The translations under genes were made by a program, and so were the position numbers. DNA of 64,000 nucleotides, taken from assembly GCA_035403105.1 (NCBI GenBank), contig DAONEN010000001.1, positions 32,184 through 96,183 of the forward strand, written 5' to 3'. Position 1 is the first letter of the stretch. Each line of letters begins with the position of its first letter. Source of the stretch: Candidatus Egerieousia sp. (GTDB lineage: Bacteria; Bacteroidota; Bacteroidia; Bacteroidales; UBA932). Under the pieces are notes generated by a model that did not search any database, had not been told where the DNA came from, and saw only the letters and a list, made by a program, of their open reading frames with translations. This document shows, one piece after another, positions 1 through 8,681 of the stretch.

Positions 1-22
1 AGATGTTTAAAATATTACCTAA

Positions 23-96
23 GGGGTTGTAGCTCAGTTGGCTAGAGCGCAGCGTTCGCAACGCTGAGGTCGCGGGTTCGATTCCCGTCAACTCCA
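23..96 (+). tRNA. tRNA-Ala (anticodon CGC)
   Basis: Cloverleaf read by eye. Acceptor GGGGTTG/CAACTCC includes the G3:U70 alanine identity pair. D-arm is AGCTCAGTTGGCTAGAGC, anticodon loop TTCGCAA, T-loop GGTTCGATTCC. No CCA is encoded. Confidence 0.9.
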
Positions 97-103
97 CGCA
101 AAG

Positions 104-129
104 GGCAGGCTTTTTAGGCCTGCCTTTTG
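104..129 (+). terminator. Rho-independent terminator after tRNA-Ala
   Basis: Stem GGCAGGC (104-110) pairs with GCCTGCC (118-124) and is followed by TTTT. Confidence 0.7.
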
Positions 130-153
130 CGTATAGCTGACACCTGCTTTAAT

Positions 154-837
154 TTATATCTGCCTGTATTTTCTTGAAATTTCCAGCTTCTTCCCATCTG
201 CTATTACGTATGTTGCCGTTCTCTCTGTTATATGGAGAGTGTTAACTATATATGAGCGATGTATCCTTTCAAATTGTTCATCCATGACCTCGCTCCATCT
301 GGAAATTTTCATTTTAGTTCTGTATGATGTATCTCCTATTGTATGTATCCAAACTTCATCATCATTTGATTCAATATAGATTATATCATTTATTTTTATT
401 GTGATTTTCTTTCTATCGGAAATAAAATCAAATGTTTTATCACTTTGGTGTGTTTCCCGCGACGATACATTGAATATCTTTATTTCTAAGTAGCTATTAA
501 GAATAATTAATGCAGCAGCAATCAATAAAATGAATACTGGATTTAATAGAATAGCATCAGGTTGTTGTGTCTTCCGCAGATACCACTGTGCGCAAAATAT
601 ACCTAAGTATATGACAGTTAGGACTGTTAATGTAAGAAATATTGAATTTTTTATCCCTTCTTTCTTGTTCTTAAAAGATATATCCTTCTTAAGATATTGA
701 GCAAGAAGAACTCCGGGAAGTAAGGAGCATGATATAAATATTGCTTCAATGAATTTATAGTTTTTGCTTAGCAACATTAGGCTAAGCAAAAGAATGACTA
801 TTCCCCAGTATACAATATGAAAGGTTAGTTTATTCAT
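154..837 (-). CDS. Membrane-anchored LytTR-domain DNA-binding protein (no receiver domain)
   Basis: The N-terminal ~130 aa form about 4 hydrophobic helices. The C-terminal ~95 aa (KITIKINDIIYIESNDDEVWIHT...RIHRSYIVN) match the LytTR fold signature. Confidence 0.75.
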   Translation of the reverse strand: MNKLTFHIVYWGIVILLLSLMLLSKNYKFIEAIFISCSLLPGVLLAQYLKKDISFKNKKEGIKNSIFLTLTVLTVIYLGIFCAQWYLRKTQQPDAILLNPVFILLIAAALIILNSYLEIKIFNVSSRETHQSDKTFDFISDRKKITIKINDIIYIESNDDEVWIHTIGDTSYRTKMKISRWSEVMDEQFERIHRSYIVNTLHITERTATYVIADGKKLEISRKYRQI

Positions 838-1064
838 ATTAATGTTTTTTTCTACTACAAAAATGGCAATTTAATTTTTATAAAAACATCTGTCGTGACT
901 TCAAAAGGTGATATAAATGGATTTGACACATGGATAGCGGGTTTTAAAAATATCATTTTTCCTATTTGCACATATTTTTGCACTTGAAAGATATGAAACG
1001 CGTTTCTTTCCAAAACAATAAGTGCTTTTTTAATAACTAATTATTAACTTAAAAAATTAAAACT

Positions 1065-1376
1065 ATGTTTCAATTATTTTATGCTGGTGGACCATTAGGA
1101 ATGTCCATAATAACTATTTTATTTGTAGCAGTTTGTCTTTCTGCATGGAAGGCTCCAGCTTGGGTAAAAGAGTTCGGAATTTTGGCTATGTTGGCTGGTG
1201 TTGTTTACAGTATGTTGGGTGCAGTGCAAGTATGTGCAGCAATCCAAGTTGCAGGGGTACCTCCTGCAAGTGTCATGGCCGGCGGAATTAAAGTGGCGTT
1301 TATCCCGGTAATTTACGGTATTGTAGTTTATGCTATCTCCTTGGTTATTCGTATTATTCAAAAGCCAAGAATATAA
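1065..1376 (+). CDS. Small (103 aa) integral membrane protein, faint MotA/TolQ/ExbB-like helices
   Basis: Three hydrophobic segments. AGGPLGMSIITILF and GGIKVAFIPVIYGIVVYA resemble ExbB/TolQ TM1 and TM3. The function is unknown. Confidence 0.5.
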   Translation: MFQLFYAGGPLGMSIITILFVAVCLSAWKAPAWVKEFGILAMLAGVVYSMLGAVQVCAAIQVAGVPPASVMAGGIKVAFIPVIYGIVVYAISLVIRIIQKPRI

Positions 1377-1508
1377 CATGGGAGATGTATTGCCTGCGCT
1401 GTAAATCAGCATGTTACAAAAGAAGTCCTTCTTGCAGAGGGACTTTTTTTGCTGTTGTTTGAGACACAGAGCTTCCCGCATGTCTTTTTTTGCAGTACAT
1501 AGAAATGT

Positions 1509-1516
1509 TATATTTG
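1509..1516 (+). promoter_or_regulatory. Bacteroidota -7 box TATATTTG (msrA)
   Basis: Matches TAnnTTTG about 55 nt upstream of the msrA ATG. Confidence 0.5.
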
Positions 1517-1571
1517 CACAGGTTGTGCATGTAATTAATGTTTGGGCATACATATTTTAACTACAAATAAT

Positions 1572-2075
1572 ATGACAAAGACAATTTATATGGCAGGTGG
1601 ATGTTTCTGGGGAACAGAGCATTATCTTAAGATAGTGAATGGGGTAGTGAACACTGAGGTGGGGTTTGCAAATGGGCATACGGAGAATCCATCTTATAAG
1701 GATGTGTGTACAGACAGGACCGGTTTTGCGGAGACTGTTAAAGTTGAGTATGACCCGCAAGTGCTGCCGCTGGAGAAGTTGCTTGATATTTTCTTTAAGG
1801 CAATTGACCCTACAAGTCTGAACAAGCAGGGGCATGATATTGGAACTCAATACCGTACGGGTATTTATTATGAAGACAGTGATGATAGAAATATTATAGA
1901 GGAAGCTGTCGGGAAATTAGCTAAACTATACACAAAACCTATTGTGCTGGAGGCTATCCCTTTGCAAAATTTTTACAATGCGGAAGATTATCATCAGGAT
2001 TATCTTGATAAGAATCCAACAGGTTATTGTCATCTTGGCCAAGACCTTTTCATTTATGCCAGGAAAGCGAATTAA
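1572..2075 (+). CDS. msrA: Peptide-methionine (S)-S-oxide reductase
   Basis: Contains the GCFWG active-site motif (MAGGCFWGTEHY) and is of full MsrA length. I moved the start to the ATG at 1572, because the ORF-track start at 1542 is a non-ATG codon lying just downstream of the -7 box (1509-1516), close to the expected transcription start. Confidence 0.9.
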   Translation: MTKTIYMAGGCFWGTEHYLKIVNGVVNTEVGFANGHTENPSYKDVCTDRTGFAETVKVEYDPQVLPLEKLLDIFFKAIDPTSLNKQGHDIGTQYRTGIYYEDSDDRNIIEEAVGKLAKLYTKPIVLEAIPLQNFYNAEDYHQDYLDKNPTGYCHLGQDLFIYARKAN

Positions 2076-2152
2076 TGTTTAAAAATTTTGTCCTTATTGG
2101 TGTCGCGTAAATGTTTTTTTGTAGATTCGCAATTGTTAGCCTCGTATTAGAC

Positions 2153-4183
2153 ATGAAGCGGACATTTTATATTGCTGTTCTACTATTCATTTCTTTTTCT
2201 TGTTACTCTCTTAATGCATTTGCAGAGTCTTATGTAGAGGGTCCGGAAATAGAGATTTCAGATGTGCATGATGTGGCCTCATCAAGTAAAGATACTTTAC
2301 TTATTTACCAATCAGATTCGATAGTATTTCTTGCAGATAGGTTTTATCCTCCCTATGAGTTTATAAACAGCAAAGGGGAGTCTGCGGGATTCAATATAGA
2401 TTTAACCAGACTTGTTATGAAGCGTCTGGGAATCAGTAAATTTCGGATTTTATCCATGGATTGGCCTGATGTGCTAAAATACTATGACAGACATAACCAG
2501 TCCGTTATCATTGGGATGAACTGGACGGTAAGAAAAAGCCAGAAGTATAATTATGGACCTATTCATAATTATCTAAAACATTGTGTTTTGTATAGGCGAG
2601 GAGATAACAGGATAACATCTTTTTCTCAACTTGTTGGCAAAAAAGTTCTTGTTGAATCAGGCACAAGCATGGAGGAAATGCTTATAAGTGTTGGACTTGG
2701 GAAGGAAGTTATATCGGTAAATGATTATGGTCCGGGCATATTTAATTTATCCAAAGGAAAATATGATGCCGTTGTATGTGAGGAGGCCGTTGCGAATTAT
2801 TTTCTGAATTCCCTGAAAATCAAGAATATTAGAATCGCTGATATGCACCTTCCAATTCAGAGATATTGTTTTGTCGGGCGTGATACTGCTCTTATGCGCA
2901 GAATAGATAACGTGCTGGAAAGTATTAATGCGGATGGAAACTTTGAAGCATTGACTGAAAAATGGTTCCATCATAATAGTCATTTTTATGTTCCGGTGGC
3001 GGTTTATGTTATTCTTGCCGTTCTTCTTTTTGCAGCTATTATTCTTGCCCTCTTTACATGGTTATTAATAAGGCGTGTGGATCAAGCAAAGTCCGCGTTA
3101 AACGGGCGCGGTAAGCAAATGGCGCTGGCTCTTAAGTCTTCCGGCGTGGTCTATTGGGAATTTGATGTTAAATCAAATATCTTAAGAACGTATAATGACC
3201 CGGGTATGAACTTTAATGACGGGAAGGAAATTGATCAGGATGAATACTTCAAAAAAGTGAAGATTAGAGATATCAGAGATATGCAGCTTATGGTATATAA
3301 ACTAAAGTGCGGAAGTAATGAAAACTTATATTCAGAAGTTCAGCTTTGGTATGAATGTGATAATAAATGGCATTACTGCACAACTACTGCAAGCCCGCTT
3401 GAGGTTGGAAGAGATGGCGTTGTGACTAAGTTTGTTGGATTTAGACGTGATAATACCAAACTTGTAGAGGTGCAGCAAGAGCTTAAGGTAGAGATGGAGA
3501 AGGCAAAGGAGGCTGATAAACTTAAGTCTTCTTTTCTTGCAAATATGAGTCATGACATCAGAACACCTCTTAATGCAATTGTTGGTTTTGCGAATCTTCT
3601 TCAGGAAAAGGATAATGCGGAGAGCCGGGATGAATATATTGGACTGATAAATGCAAACAGCGAACTTCTGTTGAGATTGGTAAACGATATTTTGGACCTT
3701 TCAAAAATTGAGGCTGGTGCTGTGCAAATAGCTGAGCAAGAATTTGATATGTCTATATGCTTTGCTAATATATTAAATTCTGTCATGAGTAAAGTCCCTG
3801 TAGGGGTGAAACTTGTTGAGAATAATCCATATAAAGAGTGTATTATATTTTCTGACAGGCAGAGGATAGCACAGATACTTACTAATTTTATCACCAACGC
3901 AATAAAGTATACAATCCACGGAACAATCACAGCTTCATACGTTTATGAGAACGGAGGAGTTAAACTTTCAGTATCGGATACAGGCATCGGCATTCCTGAG
4001 GAGAAGCAACATCGTATATTCCAAAGGTTTGAGAAGTTGGATAATTTTGCAAAGGGAACCGGTCTTGGGCTCTCTATATGCAAGGCAATAGTGGATACTT
4101 GTGGTGGAAAGATAGGTTTTTTCTCCAAAGAAAATCAAGGTTCTACGTTCTGGGCATGGATACCATGCAAAAAACGGGAATAA
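2153..4183 (+). CDS. Sensor histidine kinase with a periplasmic SBP_bac_3 (Venus-flytrap) domain, TM, PAS, HisKA and HATPase_c
   Basis: Signal peptide, then a solute-binding-protein family 3-like region (ADRFYPPYEF...), a TM segment (VAVYVILAVLLFAAIILALF) and the H-box SFLANMSHDIRTPLNAIVGF. N, G1 (DTGIGI) and G2 (GTGLGLSI) boxes are intact. The start was set at MKRTF. Confidence 0.85.
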   Translation: MKRTFYIAVLLFISFSCYSLNAFAESYVEGPEIEISDVHDVASSSKDTLLIYQSDSIVFLADRFYPPYEFINSKGESAGFNIDLTRLVMKRLGISKFRILSMDWPDVLKYYDRHNQSVIIGMNWTVRKSQKYNYGPIHNYLKHCVLYRRGDNRITSFSQLVGKKVLVESGTSMEEMLISVGLGKEVISVNDYGPGIFNLSKGKYDAVVCEEAVANYFLNSLKIKNIRIADMHLPIQRYCFVGRDTALMRRIDNVLESINADGNFEALTEKWFHHNSHFYVPVAVYVILAVLLFAAIILALFTWLLIRRVDQAKSALNGRGKQMALALKSSGVVYWEFDVKSNILRTYNDPGMNFNDGKEIDQDEYFKKVKIRDIRDMQLMVYKLKCGSNENLYSEVQLWYECDNKWHYCTTTASPLEVGRDGVVTKFVGFRRDNTKLVEVQQELKVEMEKAKEADKLKSSFLANMSHDIRTPLNAIVGFANLLQEKDNAESRDEYIGLINANSELLLRLVNDILDLSKIEAGAVQIAEQEFDMSICFANILNSVMSKVPVGVKLVENNPYKECIIFSDRQRIAQILTNFITNAIKYTIHGTITASYVYENGGVKLSVSDTGIGIPEEKQHRIFQRFEKLDNFAKGTGLGLSICKAIVDTCGGKIGFFSKENQGSTFWAWIPCKKRE

Positions 4184-4283
4184 AAAGAACCTTTTGAAAA
4201 TTTATCTATTTCCCTGCAACCTTTTGTACCTTTCTGCAGTCTAACTAGAAATAATTAAAAATTAACTATAAAAACTTATTATT

Positions 4284-4709
4284 ATGGAAAGTACTTTAGT
4301 TCCTATTTTTGTGTGCTTTTTATTGCCGGTGGCAATTGTACTGATAGTTTATCTGTCACGCTATCGTACTCAACAAAGTAAAAATGAATTGATAGCCAAA
4401 GCGTTAGAAAAAGGAGTCCCTTTGGATCCCAATTTTTTTAAGATTGCTCAAGAAGCAAAAATTAAAAGAGAAAATCCAATGAAGTTGTTCACCTGGGGAG
4501 TTTCTCTTGTAGGATTAGGTTTGGGAGTTTTCTTTTTGCTTTATTTCATTTTAAATGTACAGCCGGAAGTTGGCGCCTATGCGCTTGGATTTGCATGCAG
4601 CGGACTGGTTCCTGCTCTTGTTGGCGTCGGGCTTCTTGTATCATTTTATGCTGGACGATACTATAAGAAACAGGAAGAAGAGCAAAAGAAATCCGATAGT
4701 TCTAAATAG
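4284..4709 (+). CDS. Small membrane protein (DUF6249-like) preceding the ECF sigma factor
   Basis: Has 3-4 TM helices and a K/E-rich tail. The family assignment is from memory only. Confidence 0.5.
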   Translation: MESTLVPIFVCFLLPVAIVLIVYLSRYRTQQSKNELIAKALEKGVPLDPNFFKIAQEAKIKRENPMKLFTWGVSLVGLGLGVFFLLYFILNVQPEVGAYALGFACSGLVPALVGVGLLVSFYAGRYYKKQEEEQKKSDSSK

Positions 4710-4774
4710 CTCTCTATCAAATTGCTGTGCGGTAATTTGCACAAATTTTCATAAGATTTAATTTAGTTTGTCAA

Positions 4775-5305
4775 TTGGACAAAGCAGAATTCACGGTATT
4801 TGTCAGGGAGCAGCAGGAACCTTTAAGGAGATTCCTGCTTAACCTGTCCGGAGGAGATGGAGCTCTTGCAGATGATATTGCGCAAGATGCTTTTATTAAG
4901 GCCTATACGGGACTATCGTCTTTTCAGGGCAGGTCAAAATTGTCTACCTGGCTCTTTAGAATTGCCTACAACTGCTTTTATGACCAGATGGGCAAACGGG
5001 TGAGACTCAGTGAGGTACAGCTCCCGACAGATAGAAAAATTGACGGCGCGGACCGCGCTTCTGACCCTATGGTGGTGCAAAGTGCAGGTTCAGACAGGAT
5101 TACGGTCAGTAATGATATAAACGGAGCTTTAAGGAATCTTGCGGAAAATGAGAAAGCGGTGCTCTTGTTGTTCTATATGGAAGAGAAGAAAATCTCTGAG
5201 ATTGCGGTGATTACGGGAATGAAGGAGAATACCGTAAAGTCCCATTTATCCAGAGGAAGGGAGCATTTAAAAGTGTACCTCAAGCAAGCAGGTTACGGTG
5301 AATGA
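4775..5305 (+). CDS. ECF-type RNA polymerase sigma-70 factor
   Basis: Region 2 (DIAQDAFIKAY...STWLFRIAYNCFYD) and the region 4 HTH (ISEIAVITGMKENTVKSHLSRGREHL) are present. The start codon is TTG, so the start is uncertain. Confidence 0.85.
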   Translation: MDKAEFTVFVREQQEPLRRFLLNLSGGDGALADDIAQDAFIKAYTGLSSFQGRSKLSTWLFRIAYNCFYDQMGKRVRLSEVQLPTDRKIDGADRASDPMVVQSAGSDRITVSNDINGALRNLAENEKAVLLLFYMEEKKISEIAVITGMKENTVKSHLSRGREHLKVYLKQAGYGE

Positions 5306-5385
5306 GTGCGCTAGTTTGTATGTGCAAAAATGAGATGAGTTGTATAATATGTAGTGCATAAGTTAGATAATATTAAATTTGCAAT

Positions 5386-5799
5386 ATGTTAAGCGATAAA
5401 GAAATAAAGAGTTTTTTTGATGCGGGCAAGCAGCACCTTGATGGAGAGGATTTTACAAAGAAAATCATCTCCCAGCTGGATTATTATCCGCAGCCGCAAG
5501 CAAAAAAAGAACAGTCGGAGTGGACACACTGGATTGTGCTAATATCTCTTTTTCTGGGAGTTGCATTATTTGTGATTTCCGGCGGTGCATCTTTTATATT
5601 GCAGCATTCAATTGATTTATTTGCCGGTATTTCCAAATTAGAGCCATCTTCTGCGGCCTCTGCAATTTGTGGAATATCATCTTTTTTTGCCAACGAAATG
5701 AACATCGTCAATTTGCTGTCTTTGATTATTTTGCTTTCAATTGTAGCGGGCGGAATTATAGTGATTAACAAGTCTCAAATATCAGCATTCGGAAGATAG
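5386..5799 (+). CDS. Putative anti-sigma factor or membrane protein
   Basis: Lies directly downstream of the ECF sigma gene. Has a short cytoplasmic N-terminus followed by TM helices. No recognisable motif. Confidence 0.4.
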   Translation: MLSDKEIKSFFDAGKQHLDGEDFTKKIISQLDYYPQPQAKKEQSEWTHWIVLISLFLGVALFVISGGASFILQHSIDLFAGISKLEPSSAASAICGISSFFANEMNIVNLLSLIILLSIVAGGIIVINKSQISAFGR

Positions 5800-5821
5800 C
5801 ATGGAAATGCTAACAGATAAT

Positions 5822-5857
5822 AAAAACGGCCTCTGATTTGTTTCAGAAGCCGTTTTT
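5822..5857. terminator. Bidirectional hairpin terminator
   Basis: A 14-bp stem with one mismatch (AAAACGGCCTCTGA / TCAGAAGCCGTTTT) flanked by an A-run and a T-run. It sits between the plus-strand ORF and the minus-strand tRNA-Arg. Confidence 0.7.
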
Positions 5858-5865
5858 GAATTTAG

Positions 5866-5939
5866 TGAATCGGGAGGGATTCGAACCCTCGACCCACAGC
5901 TTAGAAGGCTGTTGCTCTATCCAACTGAGCTACCGATCC
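5866..5939 (-). tRNA. tRNA-Arg (anticodon TCT)
   Basis: The reverse complement reads GGATCGGTAGCTCAGTTGGATAGAGCAACAGCCTTCTAAGCTGT...GGGTTCGAATCCCTCCCGATTCA. The anticodon loop is CTTCTAA. Confidence 0.9.
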
Positions 5940-6054
5940 GGTATGAGTTCCGCAGTTGCTGCCGGTATCTGCCCGGCGCCGCGAATCTCCTTCCGATTTT
6001 TAGGCTGCAAATGTAAACATTTTTTGCTTATTGTAAAATTTTACTCCCGACAGA

Positions 6055-6993
6055 TTAATCCTTTGTGCTCTCCGGAGTCTCTTTTTTCTTTTTATTGCCC
6101 AATGACTCAAGTACAACAACAAGCGCAATACCAATGATTATAAAAATTATTGCCATTCCAACTTGCGGAGAGACGCCTATTATTTCCGCAAACTTTCCGG
6201 GTAACACGGGTAATGATGTATCTGTTCCAACGGAGTGCTGTACAACTTTTTGCCACGGCCACACCCTTATAAGTGAGCCAACCATAAAACCGCTCAGAAG
6301 CGCAATAGTCTGTGCGTAAAACTTTTTCAGAAGCCAGCTTAGCAGGTGAGAGAATGCGATAATTCCGGTGACAGCCCCAATTGCAAATAGTAACAGTATC
6401 GGTATGTTGAATGAACTAAGCGCATTCATAACAAATTCGTATTTAACAAGAAGCAGCAGCACAAAGCTTCCGGAAATTCCGGGAAGTATCATTGCGCAAA
6501 TTGCTATGGCGCCGCAAACCATTATAAACCACCATGCGTCAGTTGTTTGAGTAGGGGAAGCCATGCACACAAGTACCGCTATTGCAGTACCGGCCAGCAG
6601 GCAAATTATTGTTCCAATGTTCCACTTTTTTATCTCTCCAAAAATATAGAAACAAGAAACCAATATCAGTCCAAAAAAGAAACTCCACGTTGCAATAGGC
6701 TGATATTTAAGTAAATATACCATCAACTTTGCCAGCGAGAATGCACTTATCAGAATGCCTATCAAAATACATGAAAGAAATGCAAGATCCGTTGCCTTTG
6801 CAAATTCTCTGAATTTTCCCCTAAGTAAGAGCTTAAGATTTGTGATGTTAAATGATTTAATTGATTCTATTAATTCTTCATAAATGCCTGTCAAGAAGGC
6901 TATTGTACCTCCACTTACCCCCGGTATGACGTTAGCCATTCCTATTCCAATTCCCTTAAGCGTAAGGATTGAGTATTTTGCTAAATTGCTCAT
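6055..6993 (-). CDS. DUF368 family membrane protein (PopT-type candidate undecaprenyl-phosphate transporter)
   Basis: Polytopic protein with the repeated DUF368 signature PGVSGGT...PGISGSF. Confidence 0.75.
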   Translation of the reverse strand: MSNLAKYSILTLKGIGIGMANVIPGVSGGTIAFLTGIYEELIESIKSFNITNLKLLLRGKFREFAKATDLAFLSCILIGILISAFSLAKLMVYLLKYQPIATWSFFFGLILVSCFYIFGEIKKWNIGTIICLLAGTAIAVLVCMASPTQTTDAWWFIMVCGAIAICAMILPGISGSFVLLLLVKYEFVMNALSSFNIPILLLFAIGAVTGIIAFSHLLSWLLKKFYAQTIALLSGFMVGSLIRVWPWQKVVQHSVGTDTSLPVLPGKFAEIIGVSPQVGMAIIFIIIGIALVVVLESLGNKKKKETPESTKD

Positions 6994-8054
6994 TATTTGT
7001 TATTTGTAGGTTTATTCGTTTTGCTTTTTTTAATTTTCTTTAGACATGCAATGCCCTCCTTTGCCTCTGTGCAATTTTTATCCAGCATAAGAGCCTTCCG
7101 AAATAGAATTTCCGCCTGTCCGTAATCCCCAAGTCCCATGTAAGCATCTGCCAGTCCGATGGTTCCTGGAATATTTTTCTTCTCTATCTTTTCAAAATCC
7201 GTGAAGTATTCAACAGCGTTTTTAAATTCCTCCAGGTTTAAAGAGACAATTCCCAAATTGTATAGCGCAGAGGAATTTTCACGGTTTAAAGATACTGCAT
7301 ATTCAAATGCATCTACCGCCTCTTTCAACCTCTTCTGTCTTGCGTAAATTGTTCCTATGTTAAACCAGTTAATATCGTCAAACGGATTCATTTCCAAGTA
7401 TTTCTGATAATTCTCCACAGATTTGTCCAGCTTTCCAATCTTCTCATAGCAATACGCATAATCATTATATATGCCCGCAATATCTTCTTCATCTTCCTTG
7501 CAGTTGTTTTTTTCATCCCACTTTTTTGTCAACTCATTTGACCTGTCGAGATAAAAAATTGCCTCACGATAGTTGCCTAGTTCCATGCAGTCTTGCGCAA
7601 TTGCGTAAACCGAATCACATATATTTTCTGGACAAGCCTCAATTCCAATTGCTTTATTATATGAGTCTCTAGCGTCCTTCCACAATTTTCTTTTAATGTA
7701 TATTCTGCTGTACAGCAAATAAATTTCAGAGTAATCAGTGAACGTATCTTTGTATCTGTCTAACAGAGAGATAGCATCTTCAATCTTGTTGCCGAGTATA
7801 AGGGAATCACAGTATTTAACCATCAGCACTGGAGAGTATGAGTACTTCTCAAATGCTAGTGCTGAGACAGTTGCGGCCATGACGGGATCTTCTCTGTCTA
7901 TGTATGATTCTATGATAAAATCGTATTCATCCTCTGAAAGTTCAATGGATGAATAAGTGCCCTTTTTATATGCTGCATCAAACTTTTTGAATAGAGCACG
8001 GAAACGTTCAAATTCCTGCGCTTCAAAATCTGAATTATGATATTTGCTGTTCAT
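6993..8054 (-). CDS. Tetratricopeptide (TPR) repeat protein
   Basis: Multiple 34-aa TPR-like repeats (AIxxYxKALxxxP pattern). Its stop overlaps the DUF368 start (TAATG). Confidence 0.75.
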   Translation of the reverse strand: MNSKYHNSDFEAQEFERFRALFKKFDAAYKKGTYSSIELSEDEYDFIIESYIDREDPVMAATVSALAFEKYSYSPVLMVKYCDSLILGNKIEDAISLLDRYKDTFTDYSEIYLLYSRIYIKRKLWKDARDSYNKAIGIEACPENICDSVYAIAQDCMELGNYREAIFYLDRSNELTKKWDEKNNCKEDEEDIAGIYNDYAYCYEKIGKLDKSVENYQKYLEMNPFDDINWFNIGTIYARQKRLKEAVDAFEYAVSLNRENSSALYNLGIVSLNLEEFKNAVEYFTDFEKIEKKNIPGTIGLADAYMGLGDYGQAEILFRKALMLDKNCTEAKEGIACLKKIKKSKTNKPTNNK

Positions 8055-8619
8055 TTTCCCCTCCTGCTTTAATAACCTTAACGTAATGGAAAATCTGTTT
8101 CACGTATTCTATCTCATCTAGCGTACTTTTGTATTCTCCCTCCAAAACCATTGAGTATAAGGACAGTGCAGAGGAACGCATTCCAACTGAAAATTTGGAT
8201 TTTGCTCTTTTTGTTATGTAGTCAAATTTAAAATCGCTGCGGCTGTTAAAGTTTATAAATAAGTCGTACACATGACTGAAAAACTTTGCAGATCTGTGAA
8301 TATCTGGTATTCCGGTCCAGCTTAGATAGTTCTTTGTGATTATTGTAATATTTTGATTTTTCCCAAGCTCTGGGTATGTCACAAGAATTTTCTTTAATGC
8401 ATTCCTCTTGGATTCCATGACAAGACCCTTGTAGGGTATGTTCTGAGAGCCTATGCACTCAATAATCTGATTTAAAGCATCTCCGGACTCTACAGACTTA
8501 ATATTATATGCAAATCCTATAAGATTTATATCCTCCAAGTTATGATACTCAGCAGGTATATCCCTGGACGGCGTCAAAGGAAATCTCTTGTTTAGATATG
8601 TTCTTAAAGCATTAAGCAT
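8035..8619 (-). CDS. Hypothetical protein
   Basis: Open frame with no recognised motif. I trimmed the start to MLNALRTY, because the first 15 codons of the ORF-track call are the clpB terminator hairpin. Confidence 0.55.
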   Translation of the reverse strand: MLNALRTYLNKRFPLTPSRDIPAEYHNLEDINLIGFAYNIKSVESGDALNQIIECIGSQNIPYKGLVMESKRNALKKILVTYPELGKNQNITIITKNYLSWTGIPDIHRSAKFFSHVYDLFINFNSRSDFKFDYITKRAKSKFSVGMRSSALSLYSMVLEGEYKSTLDEIEYVKQIFHYVKVIKAGGENEQQIS

Positions 8620-8644
8620 AATTGATGCAGATAATCGCCGCAAA

Positions 8645-8681
8645 AATAACAAAAATCCCGCCAATCTCTTGGCGGGATTTT
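8645..8681 (-). terminator. Rho-independent terminator of clpB
   Basis: On the minus strand, AAAATCCCGCC-loop-GGCGGGATTTT is followed by a T-run directly after the clpB TAA. Confidence 0.8.

Noticed and set aside
5838-6137. 99-aa plus-strand ORF
   Set aside because: It runs antisense through tRNA-Arg and into the 3' end of the DUF368 gene. Its composition is non-protein-like.
8620-8664. N-terminal 15 codons (MAGFLLFLRRLSASI) of the ORF-track call 8035-8664
   Set aside because: These codons are the translation of the clpB terminator hairpin (8645-8681), so the start was moved to the ATG at 8619.
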